Below are positions 36,142 through 45,417 of a stretch of 64,000 nucleotides of DNA, piece after piece (the stretch's first letter is position 1; each line of letters opens with the position of its first letter). The stretch covers positions 203,614 through 267,613 of the forward strand of contig CANSHD010000002.1 of NCBI GenBank assembly GCA_947646585.1, written 5' to 3'. Source of the DNA: an uncultured Alphaproteobacteria bacterium (lineage in GTDB: Bacteria; Pseudomonadota; Alphaproteobacteria; Rs-D84). A model generated the notes under the pieces. That model was not told the origin of the DNA. It saw only the letters and a program-made list of their open reading frames with translations, and ran no database searches. Made by a program: the position numbers and the translations under genes.

Positions 36142-37213
36142 ATGATTATGCCCAACGAAGTTTTATCACAAATTCACGACGACATTACCGCCGTAAGGGG
36201 GTTTCTTTGACCCCGAAAAACTGCAATCTGATATAAATGAGCTGAACAAGTCGGCTGAAAACCCGGAATTATGGTCTAATCCGGACGCGGCGCGCGCCAT
36301 TTTGCAAAAAAAATCGGCATTGGAAAAATCATTGGCCGAGTTAAACAGCCTGGAAACCGAGTACCATACATTGGCCGAACTGTACCAGATTGCGCCGGAC
36401 GACGCGGACGTAATCGCGGGCATAGAAAAATTAAGCGACGACGCCCATCGGGCAAAGTTTATCACCCTGTTCCGCGACCCGGCCGACAACAACGGCGCAT
36501 TTCTGTTCATTCAGGCCGGCGCCGGCGGGACCGAGGCTCAGGACTGGGCCCAGATGCTTAGCCGAATGTACGCCCGGTGGGCCGAGCGGCACGGATTTTC
36601 CATCGATATCATAGAAGAGCACGAAGGCGACACGGCCGGCATAAAAAACATTACATACAGAATAAACGGCACGCGCGCATACGGGTGGCTGAAAAACGAA
36701 ATCGGCGTTCATCGCCTGGTTCGCATTTCGCCGTTCAACGCCAACGGCAAGCGCCAGACCAGCTTTGCCTCGGTTGACGTATGGCCCGACGTTGATGACA
36801 CAATTGAAATCGAAATAAACGACAAAGACCTGCGCATCGACACATATCGCGCATCGGGTGCCGGCGGCCAGCATGTTAACAAAACCGACAGCGCGGTGCG
36901 TATAACCCACATTCCGACAAACACAGTCGTCACATGCCAGAACGAGCGCAGCCAGATTCAAAACAAAGAAATGGCGATGAAAATGCTGCGTTCGCGCCTG
37001 TACGAGCTGGAAATGCAAAAACGCGCCGCGGAACAGGACGCCGCAAAAGCAGCCCAAAAGAAAATCGAATGGGGCAGCCAGATACGAAACTATGTCCTGT
37101 ATCCGTACCAGCTGGTAAAAGACGTGCGCACGGGCGTTGAAAAAACGGATTCCGACGCGGTTCTGGACGGCGATTTGGACGATTTTATGCTGGCGCTGTT
37201 GCAACGCGGATAA
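36142..37213 (+). CDS. prfB: peptide chain release factor 2, programmed +1 frameshift (36142..36207 joined to 36209..37213)
   Basis: Frame 1 is MIMPNEVLSQIHDDITAVRGFL-TGA. After a +1 shift it reads DPEKLQSDINELNK... and runs into the 303-aa ORF with SPF and GGQHVNKTDSAVR motifs. Confidence 0.9.
36196..36211 (+). promoter_or_regulatory. RF2 autoregulatory +1 frameshift site
   Basis: AGGGGG TTT CTT TGA C: an internal SD-like element, the slippery CTT, and an in-frame TGA followed by C. Confidence 0.9.
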
Positions 37214-37291
37214 AAAAGAAATTTAGCCGCTTGACTTTCATAATATTGACTATAAAATAATTTCGACAACTTGAATTTCGAGGTTAAACTG

Positions 37292-38104
37292 ATGACGGAC
37301 AAAATCCCAGATTTTTATAAACAGGCTGTCTACCACGCATTCCACGGGGTCATCGACATTCGCTATCCCAATATGCGCGGTGCGCACAATAATGTGCTTT
37401 TTGTGAAAACAAACGAAGGCGATTATACAACAAAGTTTATAAGCCACGACATGGCGCTTAAAAACAGTGCGGCGGCCCGACTGATGTCCGCACACGGAAT
37501 TCCGGTGCCGGAAACCCGTATTTTCAACTGTAACGGCACATGGATTGAGCGCTATCCGTTGATTCCCGGAAAAACATTGCATGAACAGATACGCATCGGC
37601 ATGCCAGAGGAGCAAATACGTCGTGCATACGAAGATATACTAACCCACTTTGTCGCCATGGAAAACATTCCGATAAGCCGGTTTGTTGTCGCCGCCAAAA
37701 CCCGCGAAGTTCACAACATGGCATATGAAAACGTCAAAGCGACAAACGGCACGGTTATGGCAACCGTTATGCGACCGCTGGCATATTTGGCAAATTGCGG
37801 ACGCAGCCGCAACACGGCCCTGTTGCACAGCGACATAACCCCCAAAAATGTTATCGTTGATGAAAACGGGCGCCTGGTATCGTTTTTGGATTTGGACGGC
37901 GTCACTCTGTGCAACCGCAGCTATGCGTTTGCGGTTATGGCCGACAAATGGCGCGAACTGGGCTTTAACCCGACAGAGCTGTATGACAAATATGAAATAA
38001 TGGCGGGCAAGCCGTTAAACCGCGGCCGTATAAACGCAATGCTGAACGCGGTACACTTCATGAAAACCATGATGTACCACACCAGCAAGCTGCGCGGGAA
38101 ATAA
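37292..38104 (+). CDS. aminoglycoside/choline-kinase-like phosphotransferase (APH family)
   Basis: Start set at ATG 37292 (GAGG RBS). Catalytic LLHSDITPKNVIVDENGRLVSFLDLDG (HxDxxxxN...D). Confidence 0.7.
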   Translation: MTDKIPDFYKQAVYHAFHGVIDIRYPNMRGAHNNVLFVKTNEGDYTTKFISHDMALKNSAAARLMSAHGIPVPETRIFNCNGTWIERYPLIPGKTLHEQIRIGMPEEQIRRAYEDILTHFVAMENIPISRFVVAAKTREVHNMAYENVKATNGTVMATVMRPLAYLANCGRSRNTALLHSDITPKNVIVDENGRLVSFLDLDGVTLCNRSYAFAVMADKWRELGFNPTELYDKYEIMAGKPLNRGRINAMLNAVHFMKTMMYHTSKLRGK

Positions 38105-38119
38105 GCGAATAATCATAAG

Positions 38120-38147
38120 TTGATTTTATTAAAAAAAGCGATATAAT
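38120..38147 (+). promoter_or_regulatory. promoter of the disrupted chromosomal tRNA-Arg gene
   Basis: TTGATT, 16-nt spacer, TATAAT, 16 nt before the tRNA 5' end. The architecture matches the element-borne tRNA promoter at 45759..45786. Confidence 0.55.
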
Positions 38148-38163
38148 CACTGGCGTCAAAAAA

Positions 38164-38202
38164 GCACCCATAGCACAACTGGATAATGCGCCGCCCTCCG
38201 AA
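38164..38202 (+). pseudogene. 5' half of a tRNA-Arg(CCG) gene interrupted in the anticodon loop
   Basis: GCACCCA-TA-GCAC-AACTGGATA-ATGC-G-CCGCC-CTCCGAA, followed by non-tRNA sequence. It pairs perfectly with the 3' half at 46019..46063. Confidence 0.85.
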
Positions 38203-38322
38203 TTTCGTAAGTCATTGTTTCCACTTGTTTCTTTTTGTTTGATTTTGCTGTATTTTTTCAGTTGCGTTCTATTCTGCACCGAGGTATAACGCTGTACGTA
38301 GTAGGCGGGAATTGTATAACGC

Positions 38323-38347
38323 AGGTTAGCCATAGGTTGGCCACCCC
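38323..38347 (+). repeat. 25-nt direct repeat, left copy (candidate arm-type integrase site)
   Basis: AGGTTAGCCATAGGTTGGCCACCCC is identical to 45913..45937. A degenerate third copy GGTTAGCCAGGCGTGGC follows at about 38355..38371. Confidence 0.85.
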
Positions 38348-38398
38348 AAATGCGGGTTAGCCAGGCGTGGCAGACCACGGAAGCAAAGGAAAACAAGC

Positions 38399-39631
38399 AT
38401 GCCCGCACAATTAAACGAGCGAAAATTCAATTTCACAGAAGCCAGTGTCGCCGCACTGCCGTTTGCCCCAAATGGCAAGCGTATCGTGTACTATGATAGC
38501 TATGTTCAAAATTTGGCGCTGCGCGTCAGTTCGGCGAACAAAATATATTATCTAGTCAAAAAAATAGCTGGACAAACTGTGTTCTCTAAAATCGGTGACA
38601 GCCGGAATACTGCGCTGAAAGACGCCCGAAAACAAGTGTATGAGCTTATGAATCATGCAAATCGTGGTGAAAATCCCAACGACGACAAACGCAGAATCCG
38701 GGAATCTATCACAGTTCAGGAATTTTTTGACGAGTACTATTTTCCAGACCACAGCCTTTTGCGCAAACAGGTGGCATCATGCAAAATGGATAATGTGAGT
38801 ATGCGGCTGTATATCCCGGCTGATATAAAACACCGTAAATTACTCAGCCTTTCCCGAGCCGATATGGAACGCATGCACAACAGCATTTGGAAACGCACCA
38901 ACAGTGTCTATTCTGCAAATCGCGGTTTGAAGCTGATGCGCCAAATGTTCAACAAAGCCATTGACTGGGGTATGCAATGTCATAATCCGGCGGCCAGAAT
39001 CAAACTATTCCCAGAAGCAAAACGCGACCGCTTTTTACAGCCTGACGAACTGCCACGGTTATTTGCGGCACTGGCGCAAGACCCAGACATGCACTTTCGT
39101 GCATTCATTTTATTGTGTATTCTGGTCGGCCAACGCCGACGCAACATGCAGTCTTTACGCTGGTCGGATATAAGTTTTGAACGCCGCGCTTTATATATAA
39201 AGAAAACCAAAAACGGCGACCCGCAAGCGGTGCCGTTGCCCGAACAGGCGCTTGTTATACTGCGCGAACTGGAAACATTTAAGACCAGTGAATGGGTATT
39301 CCCAAGCAAGCAATCTCGCAGTGGCCATCTTGAAAATCCACAAGTCCGCTGGCGCTCCTTGCTGAAACGTGCGGGTATTGAAAACATGCGCCTGCATGAC
39401 CTGCGTCGGACGTTTGCCAGCTATCAGGCAATCAATGGCGCATCAAATGAAATTATCGGCAAGGCTCTGGGCGACAAATCACCTGCCGTGATACCGATTT
39501 ATGCGCGCCTGACCGAGGCGCCTGTACGCCAAAGTATTCAAAACGCTGCCAACAGTATTTTACCAATGGCGAACCTGTTGCCTGCCGACCCCCGAAAAAA
39601 CCGAACAAGACCCAAAGGAAGGAACAAATGA
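38399..39631 (+). CDS. int: P4-type tyrosine integrase
   Basis: 410 aa with a DUF4102-like N-terminus. Catalytic region has GQRRRNMQSLRW, HDLRRTFAS and IPIYARL (R..HxxR..Y). Confidence 0.9.
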   Translation: MPAQLNERKFNFTEASVAALPFAPNGKRIVYYDSYVQNLALRVSSANKIYYLVKKIAGQTVFSKIGDSRNTALKDARKQVYELMNHANRGENPNDDKRRIRESITVQEFFDEYYFPDHSLLRKQVASCKMDNVSMRLYIPADIKHRKLLSLSRADMERMHNSIWKRTNSVYSANRGLKLMRQMFNKAIDWGMQCHNPAARIKLFPEAKRDRFLQPDELPRLFAALAQDPDMHFRAFILLCILVGQRRRNMQSLRWSDISFERRALYIKKTKNGDPQAVPLPEQALVILRELETFKTSEWVFPSKQSRSGHLENPQVRWRSLLKRAGIENMRLHDLRRTFASYQAINGASNEIIGKALGDKSPAVIPIYARLTEAPVRQSIQNAANSILPMANLLPADPRKNRTRPKGRNK

Positions 39632-40248
39632 CCTGTACTCTATATGAAGCACTGACATGGGTGGCATTTGGCGCGTTTGACGTGCCATTTGCCGAACGAA
39701 ATAAAAATCAGGAAACACTGGACAAAGCGAAACAACTTTTGCGCCGTGCATTTATCGCTGGGCACGTACATATAGGGTCCGGCAAAGAGGTGTTGCATAT
39801 GACGGAAAATATTGCGCTTGACTGGGATACAAACAGCATTGTGTTATGCACATATCCCGGGCAATATATATCTGAACAAATGCTGATAAAGAATATTCAG
39901 GTTATTACCGAAGATTTGAAACGTGAATTTCCAAAGCCTGTGCATGAACACCAACCGCTTATTGAAAAAGAAAGTTCAAAACGACCGGGTGCAAGCATCC
40001 TGCATGACATCGCATATTATCTGTGGGAAAAAGAACAAAATCTTTCCGCCAAAGAGATATACCATATCGTCAATGCCGTCATGGGCACTTATCCAAGGTA
40101 TAAAGACCGCACGGTGGTCCAACTGAGCAGTGTTGAAAAATGGCTGACGGGGTTCCGCAATGGCACATATAAGCCAGCGAACGAAAAACACATATTGATA
40201 AAACAATTCCCTGGTCTGTTTGATAAAATGCGCAAAGCGCACAGATGA
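39628..40248 (+). CDS. hypothetical protein (element-encoded)
   Basis: 206-aa ORF with a 4-nt overlap with int. Confidence 0.55.
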   Translation: MTCTLYEALTWVAFGAFDVPFAERNKNQETLDKAKQLLRRAFIAGHVHIGSGKEVLHMTENIALDWDTNSIVLCTYPGQYISEQMLIKNIQVITEDLKREFPKPVHEHQPLIEKESSKRPGASILHDIAYYLWEKEQNLSAKEIYHIVNAVMGTYPRYKDRTVVQLSSVEKWLTGFRNGTYKPANEKHILIKQFPGLFDKMRKAHR

Positions 40249-40259
40249 CGATTCGTGAA

Positions 40260-40298
40260 TTGGAATCTGACACGAATCCAACTGGAATCCAACACGAA
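40260..40298 (+). repeat. two 17-nt direct repeats spaced 22 nt (operator or iteron candidates)
   Basis: TGGAATCTGACACGAAT (40260..40276) and TGGAATCCAACACGAAT (40282..40298). An inverted ATTCGTG lies at 40250..40256. Confidence 0.5.
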
Positions 40299-40325
40299 TT
40301 TAAGACATTTTATTTTGCTCTGACA

Positions 40326-40350
40326 CGCCCGTAAATCGGGCGATTTTTTT
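40326..40350 (+). terminator. intrinsic terminator
   Basis: CGCCCG-TAAAT-CGGGCGATTTTTTT. Confidence 0.6.
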
Positions 40351-40462
40351 ATTCTCACTCTTATATTCATTTTTTAGTGGTCTGATTATTTTTTCGCCAT
40401 TGCTAGTTTCCCAGTGTCGCGCTGGCAATGGTGCCGGGCGTCCAAAATCAAGGGAGTTAAAA

Positions 40463-40672
40463 ATGATTTTGAAACAACAATATTTCAGTACTGACGAACT
40501 CGCCGAGTTATTGCGGGTGCGTAAAAATACAGTGGAAAAGTGGCGCAACAGCCGTTCGTGTCCTTTCAGCTGGACAAAGGTCTGTGGCCGGATTTTATTT
40601 GACCGCGACGAAGTACTGAAATATCTAGAATCCAACAAACGTCAATCAATACATACAACCACAGGAATATAA
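40463..40672 (+). CDS. AlpA/excisionase-like helix-turn-helix protein
   Basis: Start set at ATG 40463 (GGGAG RBS). MILKQQYFSTDELAELLRVRKNTVEKWRN... resembles the MerR/Xis-type HTH typical of islands. Confidence 0.6.
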   Translation: MILKQQYFSTDELAELLRVRKNTVEKWRNSRSCPFSWTKVCGRILFDRDEVLKYLESNKRQSIHTTTGI

Positions 40673-40673
40673 A

Positions 40674-42512
40674 ATGAAAAATTTTTTAATTGAAAAACTA
40701 CAAACTGCGGGCATTGAATTGCCGCGTGATATAAAGGCTGACGGCTTCACACGCTGGGGGCATAACAACAAGTACTGGTTGACACCGGTCGCGGACGGCT
40801 ACGCGTTCGGCGATTGGTCAAGTGGTGAAAAGCATTTCGCTTTTCCGAACGACGTCAATCTGTTGTCGCCAGCCGAACAAGCGGAAATAAACCGCAAAAT
40901 TGCTGCTGAACGCGCAAAATACCATGCCGAGCAACAGGAACAACAAAATAAGGTTGCGGAAACAGCCGCGGCACAGTTTGCAAAAATGGACGACGCACCG
41001 GCGGAACATCCGTATTTGGCGCGCAAGCAAATCACGGCCAACGCCGCAAAGTACAACCCGGGCACACAATCATTGGTGGTGCCCTTGTATGATACCAACG
41101 GCAAACTGTGGTCGTTGCAATATATCGGTCCAAACGGCGAAAAGCGCTTCATACCAGGCGGTCGTAAAAAGGGTTGTTTCTGCCCATTCGGCGACGAAAC
41201 AGATACAATTATTATCTGTGAAGGATTCGCCACTGCGGCGACCATTCATGCCGCCACTGGTCTGCACACTATTGCCGCAATGGACGCTGGTAATCTGTCG
41301 CCTGTGGCGCAGTCAATCCGCTCAAAATATCCAACCGCAAAAATGATTATTGCGGCGGATAATGACTGGGAATCTGAAATCAATACCGGTGTAAATGCTG
41401 CTGCCGTGGCTGCGGACACAGTCTGTGCCACCCTGTGCGTGCCGACAATAGATACACACGGCATGTCGGATTTTAACGACATAGCGGTCAGCCAAGGTTT
41501 AGCACAGGTAAAACAACAACTGAACGCGGCCATTGCGGTTGCAATGCGTCCATTAAACGGGGGATTCCGTGTTATAAGCGCGGCGGAATTTCTGGGACAA
41601 GAACTGCCACCGATTGAGTTCCTGTTGTATCCGCTGATACCACAAAACGGATTATCGTTGTTGTATTCTGAAAGAGGCGCAGGCAAAACATTCATGGCCA
41701 TGGCTATTGCAATCGCGGCCGCCAGCGGCTTTGATTTCTTGAATTTCAAGGCGGAAAAACCGCGCCGTGTTCTTTACATTGATGGTGAAATGGACGCACG
41801 TGAAATGCAGGACAGATTTAACCTGCTTATTGCCGGGTTTGAGTCAGAAGGCAAAGAGGTAATCCGTGACAATATAACCTTGTTCTTGTCGGGTTTGCAA
41901 GACAATGCAACCATGCCAGACCTTGCGACACCAATCGGCCAGCGTCAGGTGGAACTGTACGCCAAAAATGCTGACCTGATTATAGTGGACAATATCTTTT
42001 CACTATACACCGCAGGACGTGAAAATGACGCGGACAGTTGGGTAAAATACAACGAATGGTCGCGTAAAATGCGCGCAATGGGGAAGTCCATATTGTGGCT
42101 GCACCACACCGGCAAAGATAAGACCCGGGGACCGCGTGGCTCGTCCGCGATAGAAGCGATATTGAACACGTCTATTGCGTTGGAGGTGTCAAGCAACCAC
42201 AAAGCCAACGACGGCGCCGAAGTTCTGGCGGAGTATCACAAATCCCGCGGGGTCAGTGGCGACGATGTCCGTCCGTTTGCGGCTAAACTGGTATCCATTC
42301 GTGACAACGACGGCAAGATAATCGCCCTTAAATGGGCAATAATGGATACGCCACAAGACGCGCAGCGCAACGAAATTACCGAATTGCATGCAGCCGGTAA
42401 AACCATAGCGGAAATATCCGAAGAAACCGGCATTAAAAAATCAACGGTTCACCGCCGCCTGAAAGCCTGGGGCCTGACCGGCAGGACAACCGCCCCGGCA
42501 AATCAGCCGTAA
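40674..42512 (+). CDS. primase (Toprim) fused to a RepA-like AAA/RecA-type helicase, with C-terminal HTH
   Basis: Toprim IIICEGFATAATIH...IIAADNDWE. P-loop SERGAGKTF. Walker B-like LIIVDN. C-terminal TIAEISEETGIKKSTVHRRL. Confidence 0.8.
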   Translation: MKNFLIEKLQTAGIELPRDIKADGFTRWGHNNKYWLTPVADGYAFGDWSSGEKHFAFPNDVNLLSPAEQAEINRKIAAERAKYHAEQQEQQNKVAETAAAQFAKMDDAPAEHPYLARKQITANAAKYNPGTQSLVVPLYDTNGKLWSLQYIGPNGEKRFIPGGRKKGCFCPFGDETDTIIICEGFATAATIHAATGLHTIAAMDAGNLSPVAQSIRSKYPTAKMIIAADNDWESEINTGVNAAAVAADTVCATLCVPTIDTHGMSDFNDIAVSQGLAQVKQQLNAAIAVAMRPLNGGFRVISAAEFLGQELPPIEFLLYPLIPQNGLSLLYSERGAGKTFMAMAIAIAAASGFDFLNFKAEKPRRVLYIDGEMDAREMQDRFNLLIAGFESEGKEVIRDNITLFLSGLQDNATMPDLATPIGQRQVELYAKNADLIIVDNIFSLYTAGRENDADSWVKYNEWSRKMRAMGKSILWLHHTGKDKTRGPRGSSAIEAILNTSIALEVSSNHKANDGAEVLAEYHKSRGVSGDDVRPFAAKLVSIRDNDGKIIALKWAIMDTPQDAQRNEITELHAAGKTIAEISEETGIKKSTVHRRLKAWGLTGRTTAPANQP

Positions 42513-42522
42513 TGCGCCCATA

Positions 42523-42569
42523 AATCCCATTTTCCCACACACTATATAGACGGAAAATGGGATTTTTTA
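42523..42569. terminator. bidirectional terminator hairpin
   Basis: ATCCCATTTTCC...GGAAAATGGGATTTTTT lies between the convergent primase-helicase and Slam-like genes. Confidence 0.6.
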
Positions 42570-42581
42570 TTGTTCCGAATA

Positions 42582-43916
42582 CTAAAACCGCCGCATGATT
42601 TCAATTTCCACGCGGTGTTTATCAAATTCGCTTGTTGGAACATTGGAATCTCGCCGGGTGTATGTATATGACACCGCTGGAATCAGATTGCACCAGTTTA
42701 ATTTATTGTTTGACACGCGAACATATGCCGACCATACCGTGTCATGACGTGTTTTCTGTTCAAAGGCATTGTCTATAACAAAATACCGCGACGCGTGATA
42801 TTTTGTGCTTGTTAAATCCAACCGCGCCAGCACCGCGAACCCATAACGAAATTCCCCGAAATACCCGACTGAATATGTCATGCTGTCGTTCCCGTATGCC
42901 CGAACGTGCGTATTTTCCTGACCGAACCGCAGACCGGCTAAAACAAAACTCTTGTTGTTCAAATAATACCGGGGTTGCAGTGACACACTCCAATCATACC
43001 CACGCAAGGCATCGTTTATATAATCCGTATGATACTGGTTGCGGTACAGACTTGCACCACCACCCAGCAACCAACGCCGCCCAAGCTGCCAGTTTGTATC
43101 CAAACGCAACCCGTATGAATAGTTGTAAAAATCCCCCGCATACCACCGCGCAACCGTTACGGGTTGCAGGCTTATCTCGCCACTGTCAAACACGTATCGC
43201 GGCCCGGTTGCAAGATACAGCGAATAATCGTCAAAATCACCGCCCGGAAAATCCAACACATTCACGCCGGCTGTTGTACGAATCCCCAGTCGTCGGCTTA
43301 GCCGTAAATAATAATCTCCGTCGGCGTTCAAACGAACCCCAACACCGTGTTTGCGCGTTTCCAGTGGCCGGCACAGCGGGCCGAATATTGTATTTATACA
43401 TTCTTCATTTTCCGTGCCTGCATTGTTGATATTTGAATCCGGCACAATGCCAAAACCGAAATCCAAAGACCAATTTTTGCGCATGCGTATCAGGGTCAAA
43501 TATCTGTCTATATTCTCGCGCACTGCGGCGGGCAAACCCGACGTTGCACGCACAAATTCAAAATGGAACTGCGCCGCTTGAAAATCGCCGTTCATAAAAT
43601 AAGCACGCGCCAGTTCTAGGCGCACCCGTGACAGGTTCGGATTTGCGTCCACAATCGCACGATATGCGCCAATCGCAGCACTGTAATCCCCACGCGCCAT
43701 TGCGATATTGCCCAGTTGGAATTGTGATTCTGTGCGCATATCTGCGCTTGCACTATGCGATATGGCAGAATATATCGGTTGCGCAGCGTCTAAATCACCA
43801 TGCGCCGCCATATTATCGGCCACAGCCAACAGTTCTGATTCCGTCAGGTGTTGTTCAGCCCCTGCTGAGGTGGCGGCCAATAATACCGCAACCCCAGCAT
43901 ACAATACCACGCGCAT
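42582..43916 (-). CDS. Slam-like (DUF560) outer-membrane protein: N-terminal TPR plus C-terminal beta-barrel
   Basis: Signal peptide and TPR-like repeats (GDYSAAIGAYRAIVDANPN...ARAYFMNGDF). The barrel region starts with WSLDFGFGIVPDSNINNA. The protein ends ...VEIEIMRRF. Confidence 0.65.
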   Translation of the reverse strand: MRVVLYAGVAVLLAATSAGAEQHLTESELLAVADNMAAHGDLDAAQPIYSAISHSASADMRTESQFQLGNIAMARGDYSAAIGAYRAIVDANPNLSRVRLELARAYFMNGDFQAAQFHFEFVRATSGLPAAVRENIDRYLTLIRMRKNWSLDFGFGIVPDSNINNAGTENEECINTIFGPLCRPLETRKHGVGVRLNADGDYYLRLSRRLGIRTTAGVNVLDFPGGDFDDYSLYLATGPRYVFDSGEISLQPVTVARWYAGDFYNYSYGLRLDTNWQLGRRWLLGGGASLYRNQYHTDYINDALRGYDWSVSLQPRYYLNNKSFVLAGLRFGQENTHVRAYGNDSMTYSVGYFGEFRYGFAVLARLDLTSTKYHASRYFVIDNAFEQKTRHDTVWSAYVRVSNNKLNWCNLIPAVSYTYTRRDSNVPTSEFDKHRVEIEIMRRF

Positions 43917-43919
43917 TTA

Positions 43920-45197
43920 TCAGTCCTTTACCGCCCCAAAGGAGAAATTTATATCACGATAATAACCGTCCTGCATTTGCACATTACTTGTTCCAACTGT
44001 GCCAACTGTTTCTGTGGCTGGCAGAAAAGCATCGGGGCCATAATATTGTATATCTTTGGTGTAGATACTTTTGGGATTCTCAACTTTGAATTTTGGGTCT
44101 GTTGTGGGGTTGCCGACATATACCAATTCATTGTCTTTTGTATACACCTTGTACCACCCAGCATCTGTAAAATCCATGACCAAGTTCTCTGTACCGTTAT
44201 CAGCATTAAAAGATAACTTGACCGTGCCGTCTGCTGTGAATCCTGGCATGTCGTCAATTTCTATAAACTCATAACCTGAACTTGAGCCGACTTTATTTGT
44301 TTTCCCTGTTGATATTCCAACAAATGCCTTGCCAGAATAAGTGTGATTCCCCGTAATTACTCCAATGTCCGCCAATGTGTGCATATCAACCGCACGCGCC
44401 GGGTCGCCAGATTTCCAGCCCGCAAAGGTATAAACAGAATAAGGGTGTCCATAGGCTGTTTTGGGGATAATACGCTCCCAGTACCCAAAATCTGAAAATC
44501 GTAGCGGAACATTTGAATTCTTACTCCCTACTGTGAACTCTGCTCGCCCGGCATTGCCGTTATAGGAAAATTCTTTTACAAACTTGCCGTCCGTAGAGTT
44601 TTTTAGGTCAAAAATTATTTCTGGCTCTGAATCATTTTCCAACAAACAACCGTTTATATCCCTACATATAACAGTTATTTCTTTACCTTGGTCTGCATGC
44701 GATGCACAGCCACCAGGCAAATCACATTGAGACCTATACCATTCTTGTTTCCCTGATGCGTAATTAGTAAATTTATAATAATATTCCCCATAATTATATG
44801 ACAAATCACAACCGGATTCTTCTTGACATGTACTGGTATATGTATATTGGTATGGTCGCAATCGTTGGATTCGTAGTTCCTCATTTTCTTTATCAAAAAC
44901 ACCGGCAATACGATATGGCTCATTTGTACTCGTAGAAAAAGTCCCCATTGATACAGTTAGTTTTTTACTGTCCGGAACATTCGGGTATTTTATATTATCA
45001 CTTGGCTGTTGAGTGTTATCGCCGGGCTTTTCTGTGGTATTATCGCCACCGGGCTGTTCTCCAGGTTTTGTTGTGGTGCCGCCACTGATTCCGGCACTGC
45101 TTCCTATATTATATTTTGCACCACCGCCCCCATGGCCGCCGCCATTGTTGCATGCGCACAACGATACCAACATCGCCATAAAAACATATTTACGCAT
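43920..45197 (-). CDS. surface lipoprotein candidate with TbpB/fHbp-like C-terminal barrel
   Basis: Lipobox MAMLVSLCAC followed by a Gly-rich linker. The C-terminus ...GTVKLSFNADNG...YYGPDAFLPATETVGTVG...INFSFGAVKD resembles TbpB-type lobes. It lies immediately upstream of the Slam-like gene. Confidence 0.6.
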   Translation of the reverse strand: MRKYVFMAMLVSLCACNNGGGHGGGGAKYNIGSSAGISGGTTTKPGEQPGGDNTTEKPGDNTQQPSDNIKYPNVPDSKKLTVSMGTFSTSTNEPYRIAGVFDKENEELRIQRLRPYQYTYTSTCQEESGCDLSYNYGEYYYKFTNYASGKQEWYRSQCDLPGGCASHADQGKEITVICRDINGCLLENDSEPEIIFDLKNSTDGKFVKEFSYNGNAGRAEFTVGSKNSNVPLRFSDFGYWERIIPKTAYGHPYSVYTFAGWKSGDPARAVDMHTLADIGVITGNHTYSGKAFVGISTGKTNKVGSSSGYEFIEIDDMPGFTADGTVKLSFNADNGTENLVMDFTDAGWYKVYTKDNELVYVGNPTTDPKFKVENPKSIYTKDIQYYGPDAFLPATETVGTVGTSNVQMQDGYYRDINFSFGAVKD

Positions 45198-45417
45198 CTC
45201 TCTCCCCCTTTTTGTTGTTTTGTTTACTATTTATGCTTTGAAAAACTAGCCAGCCAAACACAATGCCACCAAACAACAATATGATTTGGAAACATTCCTG
45301 TGCGTCACTCCATTGACTGATTGAAAAACACAACGCCGCAAGGGTAATCATGTACGCCATGTTTTCTTTACTTATTTTGGGCGCCACTGTACTTCTGGGT
45401 GACTGATTATCTGACAT
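45190..45417 (-). CDS. small membrane protein (75 aa)
   Basis: ATG 45417 is preceded by AAGGAG. Two hydrophobic segments. It overlaps the lipoprotein start by 8 nt. Confidence 0.45.
   Translation of the reverse strand: MSDNQSPRSTVAPKISKENMAYMITLAALCFSISQWSDAQECFQIILLFGGIVFGWLVFQSINSKQNNKKGERDA

Noticed and set aside
38058-38408. 116-aa minus-strand ORF sharing the peptide GGQPMANL with ORF 45786..46196
   Set aside because: The shared peptide is produced by the 25-nt DNA direct repeat. Both ORFs run antisense through tRNA or att sequences.
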